DNA of 64,000 nucleotides from Sideroxyarcus sp. (GTDB lineage Bacteria; Pseudomonadota; Gammaproteobacteria; Burkholderiales; Gallionellaceae): NCBI GenBank assembly GCA_035299445.1, contig DATGWO010000035.1, positions 132,022 to 196,021 of the forward strand, read 5' to 3'. Shown piece by piece: positions 56,268 to 64,000 of this stretch (position 1 is its first letter; each line of letters starts with the position of its first letter). The notes under the pieces were generated by a model. It saw only the letters and a program-made list of their open reading frames with translations, ran no database searches and was not told where the DNA came from. The position numbers and the translations under genes were made by a program.

Positions 56268-58028
56268 ATGAGCACAATCGAAATCAAAGTACCGGACATC
56301 GGCGGATTCAAAGGCGTTGCCATCATCGAGATCGCGGTGAAAGCCGGCGACAAGATCGAGAAAGAACAGGCACTCATCTCGCTGGAGACCGACAAGGCGA
56401 CCATGGACGTGCCCTCCCCCGCTGCCGGCACCGTGAAGGAGCTGAAGGTGAAGGTCGGCGACAAGGTCAGCGAAGGCTCCGTCATCCTGCTGCTGGAAAG
56501 CAGCGCCGAGGCTCCGGCACCGGCCAAGGCTGCTCCTGCGCCGCAGGCGGTCGCCCCTGCTGCTGCCCCGCAAGTAGCCCCCACTCCCGCGGCCAACGTC
56601 GCTAAGGGCGACATCCACGCCGAAGTGGTCGTGCTCGGCGCCGGCCCAGGCGGATACACTGCGGCGTTCCGCGCCGCCGACCTCGGCAAGCAAGTGGTGC
56701 TGATCGAGAAACACGCCACGCTCGGCGGCGTCTGCCTGAACGTCGGCTGCATCCCGTCCAAAGCGCTGCTGCACGTGGCCAAGGTCATCAACGAAGCGGA
56801 AGAGGTTTCGCATCACGGCGTCACCTTCGGCAAGCCCAAGATCGACATCGACGGCATCCGCGGCTGGAAAGAAAGCGTGATCGGCAAACTCACCGGCGGC
56901 CTCGCCGGATTGGCGAAGCAACGCAAGGTGCAAGTGGTACGCGGCGTCGCCAAGTTCACCTCGCCGAACAGCCTGGAAGTGGAAACGGCCGAAGGCAAGA
57001 AGGTCGTCACCTTCGACAACGCCATCGTCGCGGCCGGCTCCAGCGTGGCGCGCATCCCCGGCTTCCCCTATGACGATCCGCGCATCATCGACTCCACCGG
57101 CGCACTGGCGCTGAAGGACGTGCCCAAGCGCATGCTGGTCATCGGCGGCGGCATCATCGGCCTGGAAATGGCCACCGTGTACGACGCGCTCGGCGCGAAG
57201 ATCAGCGTGGTCGAACTCATGGACCAGCTGATGCCCGGCGCGGACAAGGACATGGTCAAGCCGCTGCACACCCGCATCGGCAAGCGCTATGAAGCCATCA
57301 TGCTGAAGACCAAAGTGACGAAGATCGAGGCCACCAAGGCAGGCTTGAAAGTCACCTTCGAAGGCGAACAGGCCCCGGCCGAACCGCAGCTGTACGACAA
57401 GGTGCTGATGGCCGTGGGCCGCCGCCCGAACGGCCGTGAGATCGCCGCCGAGAAGGCCGGGCTCATCGTGAACGAGCGCGGCTTCATCCCCGTGGACAAG
57501 CAGATGCGCACCAACGTGCCGCACATCTTCGCCATCGGCGACATCGTCGGCGACCCGATGCTGGCGCACAAGGCGGTGCACGAGGGCAAGGTCGCGGCGG
57601 AGAACATCGCCGGACACAAGGCATTCTTCGAACCGCTGACCATCCCTTCCGTCGCTTACACCGATCCCGAGATCGCATGGATGGGACTCACCGAGACGCA
57701 AGCCAAAGCGCAAGGCATCGAATACGAGAAGGGCGTGTTCCCGTGGGCGGCTTCCGGCCGCGCACTCTCCATCGCGCGCGAGGAAGGCGCGACCAAAGTG
57801 CTGCTCGATCCGACCACGCGCCGCATCCTCGGTGCTGGCATCGTCGGCACCAATGCGGGCGAACTCATCGCCGAAGCGGTGCTGGCGCTGGAGATGGGCG
57901 CGGACATGGAAGACATCGGTCTCACCATCCACCCGCACCCGACACTGTCGGAGACATTCAACTTCGCGGCAGAAATGGCGGAAGGCACCATTACCGACCT
58001 GATGCCCCCCAAGAAGAAGTCGCACTAA
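56268..58028 (+). CDS. lpdA: Dihydrolipoamide dehydrogenase with N-terminal lipoyl domain
   Basis: ETDKA lipoyl motif, [21 protein letters not shown]. Confidence 0.96.
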   Translation: MSTIEIKVPDIGGFKGVAIIEIAVKAGDKIEKEQALISLETDKATMDVPSPAAGTVKELKVKVGDKVSEGSVILLLESSAEAPAPAKAAPAPQAVAPAAAPQVAPTPAANVAKGDIHAEVVVLGAGPGGYTAAFRAADLGKQVVLIEKHATLGGVCLNVGCIPSKALLHVAKVINEAEEVSHHGVTFGKPKIDIDGIRGWKESVIGKLTGGLAGLAKQRKVQVVRGVAKFTSPNSLEVETAEGKKVVTFDNAIVAAGSSVARIPGFPYDDPRIIDSTGALALKDVPKRMLVIGGGIIGLEMATVYDALGAKISVVELMDQLMPGADKDMVKPLHTRIGKRYEAIMLKTKVTKIEATKAGLKVTFEGEQAPAEPQLYDKVLMAVGRRPNGREIAAEKAGLIVNERGFIPVDKQMRTNVPHIFAIGDIVGDPMLAHKAVHEGKVAAENIAGHKAFFEPLTIPSVAYTDPEIAWMGLTETQAKAQGIEYEKGVFPWAASGRALSIAREEGATKVLLDPTTRRILGAGIVGTNAGELIAEAVLALEMGADMEDIGLTIHPHPTLSETFNFAAEMAEGTITDLMPPKKKSH

Positions 58029-58442
58029 TTGGAAACGTTGACCGGCTGGCTGGACAGCGACCTCAGCTTATGGGGCCTGTTCCTGTCCAGCCTGCTCGGC
58101 GCGACGCTGCTGCCGGGCGGCTCCGAACTGGTGCTGGCCGGCATCCTCAAGCTGCACCCCGAGCTGTTGTGGCCGGCGCTGCTGCTCGGGACGCTCGGCA
58201 ACACGCTGGGCGGCATGATCTCCTTCGGCATGGGCTGGTTGATGCCGATGACGCAACAACTCAAGCATGTGGAGAAAGTGCGGCGGCACGGTACGCCGGT
58301 GTTGCTGTTCGCCTGGCTACCGTTCATCGGCGACGCGCTGTGCCTCGCGGCGGGCTGGCTACGGCTCAACCCCTGGCAGGCTGCGCTATTCATGCTGATC
58401 GGCAAATTCGCGCGCTATGCGCTGGTCGGATTTTCGCTGTGA
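58029..58442 (+). CDS. YqaA/VTT-domain membrane protein
   Basis: ATLLPGGSE, GNTLGG, WLPFIGD, GKFARY. Confidence 0.88.
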   Translation: METLTGWLDSDLSLWGLFLSSLLGATLLPGGSELVLAGILKLHPELLWPALLLGTLGNTLGGMISFGMGWLMPMTQQLKHVEKVRRHGTPVLLFAWLPFIGDALCLAAGWLRLNPWQAALFMLIGKFARYALVGFSL

Positions 58443-58505
58443 CCGCCCCGTGCCCCGCAATCCAGTGGTTTCCTTGAAACGCCCGCAATGGCATCATAGC
58501 GCCCT

Positions 58506-59279
58506 ATGAGCACTTTCAAAGTCTTGCAGTTCAACATGCAGTTCGGGCAGATGTGGGATGCGGCCGATCCGGGGCACGCGCCTATCGACCTTGAGCTGAC
58601 CATCGCGGAGATACTGCGCCACGACGCCGACATCATCCTGTTGCAGGAAGTGGAACATGCCCAGCGCGGCGGCGCGCAAACCGAACCGCCGCCGAATTAC
58701 ACACGGCTGAAAGCGGCGCTCAAGGGCTACCACGGTTATTTCTCCTACCCCAAGGCCGACCCGCGCGAGCTGCCTTTCGGCATCGGCCTGGCGATCTTTT
58801 CCAAGACGCCGTTGCGCGACACCTTCCGCATCGACCTACCCTCGCCGTCCATCGAATTCGAGTTCGAAGGCAGGAAGACGACCCCCACCGACCGCCTGCT
58901 GATCGGCGCAACGACCACGGTCGACGGTCATGAGTTGCAGCTGTTGAATGTCCACCTGCTCGCGTATTTCATGCTCAACTCTTCCAGCGAGCAACATCCC
59001 GACCAGCGCCAGCTCGTCATCGGGCAATTGCGCCGCGCCAAGGGTGCCGCGCTGATCGCCGGCGATTTCAACGTCAGCAAGCGCGAATCGCTGGTGCGCC
59101 AATTCGCCGATGCCGGCTTCCGCACTGTGCAGGAGGACGAGATCACCTGGCGCTACCGCCCTTACGTGCTCGACCACATCTTCTACAACAAACACCTGCA
59201 CCCGCTGCGCCACAGCGTAAACCCGACGCCCGCATCGGACCATCACATCCTGGTCGCGGAATTCGAGTTCGCCGGATAG
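58506..59279 (+). CDS. Endonuclease/exonuclease/phosphatase family protein
   Basis: LQEV, AGDFN, LDHIF, SDHH. Confidence 0.88.
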   Translation: MSTFKVLQFNMQFGQMWDAADPGHAPIDLELTIAEILRHDADIILLQEVEHAQRGGAQTEPPPNYTRLKAALKGYHGYFSYPKADPRELPFGIGLAIFSKTPLRDTFRIDLPSPSIEFEFEGRKTTPTDRLLIGATTTVDGHELQLLNVHLLAYFMLNSSSEQHPDQRQLVIGQLRRAKGAALIAGDFNVSKRESLVRQFADAGFRTVQEDEITWRYRPYVLDHIFYNKHLHPLRHSVNPTPASDHHILVAEFEFAG

Positions 59280-59313
59280 CTCGGCCTCGATACTCCCCGC
59301 CCATATCCGGCAT

Positions 59314-59346
59314 AAAAAACGGGGACTCGCGCGAGCCCCCGTTTTT
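59314..59346. terminator. Bidirectional terminator
   Basis: aaaaaacgggg-actcgcgcgagc-ccccgttttt between convergent genes. Confidence 0.8.
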
Positions 59347-59366
59347 CGGCGTCACCAGCGGCAACG

Positions 59367-60794
59367 CTACGACAACATCGCCAAGCCCCAGCCGACACCG
59401 AAGCCGTTCACGTCACCCGCCACGATGCCCAAGCCGCCTTCGCAACGGCTGGACGACAAATCCACGTGCAGCCAGGGCGTGTCGTGTTCGACGAAGCGTT
59501 TGAGGAAGCGCGTCGCCAAAATATGGTCCGCCTCGCCCGCCAGCGTGCACTGTTTGATGTCGGCCACCTTGGAATCCAGCTCGGCCTCGTAATCCTCGTC
59601 CTGCGGGAAAGCGCACAGCCGTTCGCCGGTCTGCTTGCCCGTGCTCACCGCGCGCTGCGCCAGTTCGTCGCTGGTGGCGAACACGCCGGAATAGCGCGCC
59701 CCCAGCGCGGTCGCCATGCTGCCGGTGAGCGTGGCGAAGTCGATGATGAGGTTGGGCTTGGCGCGCGAGGCCAGCGTGAGCGTATCGGCCAGCACCATGC
59801 GTCCCTCGGCATCGGTGTGGATGATCTCGATGTGCGTGCCGTTCAGCGCCTTCACGATGTCGTTCTGCTTGTAAGCCTTGGGGCTGATGTGGTTCTGCGC
59901 CAGCGCCAGCCAGCAGTCGATGTTCACCGCCAGCTTCATTTGTGTTGCCGCGAGCAGGATGCCGAGCGACACGGCCGAGCCGTTCATGTCCTCGTGCATG
60001 TTGTGCATGTAGCGCGACGGCTTGAGGTTGTGGCCGCCGGTGTCGAAGCAGATGCCCTTGCCCACCAGCGCGATGGTCTGCTTCGCCTTCGGATGTTTGT
60101 ACGAGAGATGCACGATGGCCGCGTCTTCCGGGTCGCTGCCCTGCGCCACCGCCACGAAAGCGCCCGCGCCCATAGTCCGCAGCTTCTTCATGTCGAATTC
60201 TTCGTACTTCCACTTGTTCGCTGTCGCCAGCTTCTTCACGCGCTGACGGTACATGCCCGGCGTCAGTTCGTTCGGCGGCAATATGGTCAGCTCGCGGCAC
60301 AGCAGGTTACCTGCCGCCTGCGCGCGCAGCGCATCGAACGGCTTCTTGTCTACGCTGCCGCTCAGCATGATCTTCTGCAACGGCTTGCGCTCGTCCTTCT
60401 TCTTGTGCACCGGCAACAGGCTCGCATTCACCCACGCGCCATACACCGCCAGTTCGGCGGCACGCTGCGCCGTGGCACCGGAGACCGCGATGCCCAGCAG
60501 CTTGGGCTGTTCTTCCAGCAACAATTGCAACGCCTTGCGCACCACCACCTGCTGCGCGAACGCATCCTTCTTCTCGTCCAGCATCGCCCACGCCACCAGC
60601 GTGCCGTCCGCCGCATTCGCCGCGACAGGCGACTTCGCCAGCTCGTCCGCCTTCATGTCGCGGCGCTTCAGCACTGCGGCCAGCAGATCGCCGTGCGGCA
60701 CGTCTTTCGGCAGGGTCTTACCCTTGGGCAGAACGATCAGTTGATGGGGAGCGGAAAGGGTGTTGGAAAAAGTCAGTTGGGCCAGCGTCATCAT
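59367..60794 (-). CDS. M17 leucyl aminopeptidase family protein
   Basis: VGKGICFDTGG, DMNGS, HTDAEGR, DFATLTG. Confidence 0.93.
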   Translation of the reverse strand: MMTLAQLTFSNTLSAPHQLIVLPKGKTLPKDVPHGDLLAAVLKRRDMKADELAKSPVAANAADGTLVAWAMLDEKKDAFAQQVVVRKALQLLLEEQPKLLGIAVSGATAQRAAELAVYGAWVNASLLPVHKKKDERKPLQKIMLSGSVDKKPFDALRAQAAGNLLCRELTILPPNELTPGMYRQRVKKLATANKWKYEEFDMKKLRTMGAGAFVAVAQGSDPEDAAIVHLSYKHPKAKQTIALVGKGICFDTGGHNLKPSRYMHNMHEDMNGSAVSLGILLAATQMKLAVNIDCWLALAQNHISPKAYKQNDIVKALNGTHIEIIHTDAEGRMVLADTLTLASRAKPNLIIDFATLTGSMATALGARYSGVFATSDELAQRAVSTGKQTGERLCAFPQDEDYEAELDSKVADIKQCTLAGEADHILATRFLKRFVEHDTPWLHVDLSSSRCEGGLGIVAGDVNGFGVGWGLAMLS

Positions 60795-60859
60795 GGTTCT
60801 CCGTAAATCGTGCGCAGATTATACGGTCATTCCATGAGCGGGCATGCAGCACGGAGGGG

Positions 60860-63613
60860 TCAAGCGCGATTCTCTTTTGACACCACCACCCGGTTCCGCC
60901 CTTGTTCCTTGGCACAATACAGTGCCGCATCCAGACGACCGAGCAGCGCATCCACACTCTCGTCCGGCAGCCTGGACGCGACACCGAAACTGCAGGTGTT
61001 ATGGCCCACAGGGTGGAATTCGTGCGCGGCGACGATCGCCCTGAGTTTTTCGGCAAGCAGGCAGGCTCCGTCCACATCGGTCTCGGGGCAGACGACCAGG
61101 AACTCTTCGCCTCCCCAGCGCCCCGGCACATCGATCCCACGGACATTCTCCTTCAGCAGCCTTGCAACTTGGACCAGCACCTCGTCACCCGCCTGATGGC
61201 CATAGGCATCATTGACCCGCTTGAAGAAATCGATATCGAACATGATCACCGATAACGGCAGTCCGAAGCGCTTTGACCTCTCGATCTCCTTCTGCAGGGC
61301 ATCGTCGAGCTTTCTGCGGTTGTACAGCTGGGTCAGCTTGTCCGTGATGGACAGCGCCTCCGCCAGTTTCCTGGCAGTAATGTCCTGACGGATGGCGGTA
61401 AAGCCCACGACCTCCCCGCCATCCGAAAATGAAGGTTCGATATGGACCTCGGTCCAGTAGTGGTCGCCATTCTTGGTGAGTCCCTTGATCTCGCCCTGCC
61501 AGACGCGTCCATCCAGGATCGTGGCCCACAATTCCTGATAGAGGGAATCCGGCATATCCGGATGACGAAGAATATCGTATGGGCTGCCGATCAATTCATC
61601 CCGCGAGTATCCCGACAAACGGCAAAGTGCATCGGATGCCGACAGGATGACGCCGTCCCGGTCTGTCGTCGAGCTGATGACGTACTTGTCCACGAGTTCC
61701 ACATAGCGCCGTATCTCGCTTTCGGCTTTCTTCTTGTCCGTGATGTCGATGCCGACGGTGATCAGGTATTCGGCATCGCCCCCCGCGTCCCTGAGGATGG
61801 AATTCGACCAGTCGAACAGGCGTTTGCTGCCGTCCCGGCTGACCCAGTAGTTCTCGTAACGGGGGACGACGTTACCTGCCATGGTCGAGCTGAACACACC
61901 ATGCACTTTCTCCCGCTGCTCCGGCAGCAGGAAGCGCTCCCAGAAGAACGGCTCGTCCTTGACCTCGTCCAGCGCATATCCCGTGAACGCCTCCGCTTCA
62001 CGGTTGAGGCGGACCACCCGGCCTTCGCGGTCGATCACCATGATCAGACTCCTGGCCGTATCCAGCACGCCATCGGTGAAGTCGCGCTCCTCCTTCAGCC
62101 GCTCGCCGATCAGCTTCTGCTCTGTGATGTCCTGATGCGTCCCGGACATGCGCAAGGGCTTGCCGTCGGCGGTCCACTCGACCACTTTGCCGCGATCCAG
62201 CACCCATACCCATTCGCCGTTCTTGTGGCGCATCCGCGCTTCGCACTCGTAAGTCGCAGCCTCCCGCCTGAAGCACCTTTCCAGAAGCTCCCCGGAGCGC
62301 TTGCCGTCCTCCGGATGGACGAGCCTGATCCAGGTTTCGATGCTGCAAGGAGCAAGGTCGTCCAGGGTATAGCCGACGATCTCCGCCCAGCGTTCGTTGA
62401 AAACAGCTTCGCCGGTCTGCACATTCCATTCCCAGGTTCCGATGTTGGTCCCCCAGATGATCTCGGAGAGTCGCTGCTCCTGCTTCCTGACAGCCACCTC
62501 GGCTTCGATCAGGTCATGGTTCATTTTCTTTGCAGCGCTGATTGCCCGCTCGCGGGCGGTCACCAGCAGCCAGGTCAACCACCCCAGCAGGATGCTGATC
62601 GCGCCTCCCGCAAGCGCGATCAGCGTGGCGCGGTCGCTACTCACGCGCGAATATATCCCGGCCAGCGGAAACGCTTTGACCGTCCACGGGCGTCCCGCAA
62701 TCTCGATAATGTGACTGGCCTCCATCGCGCCCGAACGTGCCAGACCAACGGCACGGCTTCCGTCGGAGTCATACATCAATGCGGCGAGATCCGTTTCTTT
62801 GCCGTCGAATATCTCGATATCCAGGTCATGGACGCGCTCGCTCTGGATTCCCTCCATCAGATCGTCCATGCGGAAAGGCGCATACACCCAGCCAACGAGG
62901 CTGGCACGCCGGTCCGCCTCCGTGATTATCGGCTTGCCGTTACGGAAGACCGGCGCATACATCAGGAAACCGGCCTGTTCGCGCTGTCCGGATTCCTGGA
63001 CCAGGCGCACCTTCCCGGTCATCGTCACTTCGCCGGAATCGCGCGCCCTGTCCATCGCTTCACGCCGCACCGCCTCGGAGTACATATCGAAACCGAAGGC
63101 GCGCAGATTGCGATCGGCGAAGGGTTCAAGGTAAACGATCGAACTGTAGGGATCGCGCTCACCAGCGGGACGGATGGTATATTCTGGAAAACCTTGCGCG
63201 CGCATCCGGCGAAGATGCCTGTCCATCTCCGCCGCCGGGACGACGAGCGAGAAACCCACGCCCTGGATGCCGGGATAGTATTCGGCCAGGCGCAACGAGG
63301 CGACGTAATCCCTGAACTCCGTTCTGCCCACATCCGACGAGGCCTTGAACAGGCCTTGTCCGCCACGCAGCACCTCTTCATAGGCCTGCATGCGCTGTTC
63401 GATGCGTTCCATGGTTTCGCGCACACGGAAATCGAAATAATCCTTTTGCGCCTGCCGTATGGAGTCGGAGGAAATGATCCATGCCGATGCGGTGATCAGG
63501 ATGGACAGCAGGAACACCAGCGGAGGCAACAGCAAACCGTTGCGGACGCTCCCCACTATGGCCGGAGAAGACCCTCCCGTTTTTCTTCCAACCCGTTGCA
63601 TCTCTCCTCCCAT
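60860..63613 (-). CDS. CHASE-PAS-PAS-PAS-GGDEF diguanylate cyclase
   Basis: TM-CHASE (RAFGFDM)-TM, three PAS/PAC, DKLTQLYNRR, RGID I-site, GRWGGEEF. Confidence 0.93.
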   Translation of the reverse strand: MGGEMQRVGRKTGGSSPAIVGSVRNGLLLPPLVFLLSILITASAWIISSDSIRQAQKDYFDFRVRETMERIEQRMQAYEEVLRGGQGLFKASSDVGRTEFRDYVASLRLAEYYPGIQGVGFSLVVPAAEMDRHLRRMRAQGFPEYTIRPAGERDPYSSIVYLEPFADRNLRAFGFDMYSEAVRREAMDRARDSGEVTMTGKVRLVQESGQREQAGFLMYAPVFRNGKPIITEADRRASLVGWVYAPFRMDDLMEGIQSERVHDLDIEIFDGKETDLAALMYDSDGSRAVGLARSGAMEASHIIEIAGRPWTVKAFPLAGIYSRVSSDRATLIALAGGAISILLGWLTWLLVTARERAISAAKKMNHDLIEAEVAVRKQEQRLSEIIWGTNIGTWEWNVQTGEAVFNERWAEIVGYTLDDLAPCSIETWIRLVHPEDGKRSGELLERCFRREAATYECEARMRHKNGEWVWVLDRGKVVEWTADGKPLRMSGTHQDITEQKLIGERLKEERDFTDGVLDTARSLIMVIDREGRVVRLNREAEAFTGYALDEVKDEPFFWERFLLPEQREKVHGVFSSTMAGNVVPRYENYWVSRDGSKRLFDWSNSILRDAGGDAEYLITVGIDITDKKKAESEIRRYVELVDKYVISSTTDRDGVILSASDALCRLSGYSRDELIGSPYDILRHPDMPDSLYQELWATILDGRVWQGEIKGLTKNGDHYWTEVHIEPSFSDGGEVVGFTAIRQDITARKLAEALSITDKLTQLYNRRKLDDALQKEIERSKRFGLPLSVIMFDIDFFKRVNDAYGHQAGDEVLVQVARLLKENVRGIDVPGRWGGEEFLVVCPETDVDGACLLAEKLRAIVAAHEFHPVGHNTCSFGVASRLPDESVDALLGRLDAALYCAKEQGRNRVVVSKENRA

Positions 63614-63839
63614 TTGCCAGATTCGGCTTGCCGGTAATAATGATTTTCAAACCTTGGAACTCGCCCGGCTATGGGAGCCAATATAGCAAAGCGGCCATTG
63701 GGCGGCCAGTCGACGTGACAGGAATCAGCCCTCTGAAATGCCCGTCGCCATCTTGCCCATGCAGCGGCAAACAGGCCGCTGTGCTAGGATTGCCCCCTGA
63801 AGAACGTTCCCTCCGACGCCGCAATATTACGAATTCCCT

Positions 63840-64000
63840 ATGCGCCAATACCTCGACCTGATGCAGCATGTGCTGGACCACGGCACCAAGAAATCCGACC
63901 GCACCGGCACCGGCACCACCAGCGTGTTCGGCTACCAGATGCGCTTCGACCTCGCGCAGGGTTTTCCGCTGGTCACCACCAAAAAGTGCCACCTGAAATC
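63840..64000 (+). CDS. thyA: Thymidylate synthase, truncated at window end
   Basis: [15 protein letters not shown]...[27 protein letters not shown]. Confidence 0.97.
   Translation, partial: MRQYLDLMQHVLDHGTKKSDRTGTGTTSVFGYQMRFDLAQGFPLVTTKKCHLK

Noticed and set aside
63669-63992. 107-aa minus-strand [13 protein letters not shown]...
   Set aside because: Antisense shadow of thyA.
1-64000. CRISPR arrays, rRNA, tRNA, IS elements, prophage, riboswitches
   Set aside because: None recognised by eye; intergenic regions are short. A covariance-model scan would be needed to exclude small RNAs.

Overview
A ~63% GC betaproteobacterial chromosome segment. Housekeeping proteins and gene order suggest Nitrosomonadales, probably Gallionellaceae-like; this is an impression, not a database result. 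No rRNA, tRNA, CRISPR, integrase or transposase was recognised. Ordinary blocks: yqeY-rpsU-tyrS-M23-anmK-erpA-bactofilin-argC-rpsI-rplM, coq7, trpC, proA, lpdA, an M17 peptidase and thyA. Two accessory neighbourhoods stand out. (1) 8.0-20.8 kb is a membrane-lipid remodelling cluster: a lipase-GDPD-GlpD-GlpK operon, EAL/GGDEF-olsA-olsB, dgkA, a GT4 glycosyltransferase with PAP2, and a secreted Zn-dependent phospholipase C. Pho-box-like 11-bp direct repeats sit at four of its promoters. (2) 28.0-54.1 kb holds an Rnf operon (B-[por]-C-D-G-E-A plus a small Cys-rich ORF) with an oversized 1640-aa pyruvate:ferredoxin oxidoreductase inserted in it that carries a fused C-terminal ferredoxin. The operon is flanked by ppsA, ppsR and a divergent LysR, and followed by two acetate-type Na+/solute symporters, a TctDE-like two-component system, NhaD and a DUF294 nucleotidyltransferase/exonuclease pair. 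The best candidate for an undescribed system is this Rnf-PFOR-PpsA module, inferred to assimilate acetate by reductive carboxylation. A CTTAC-N6-CTTAC motif recurs upstream of both symporter operons and one porin. All functional calls come from motif recognition by eye; no searches were run.
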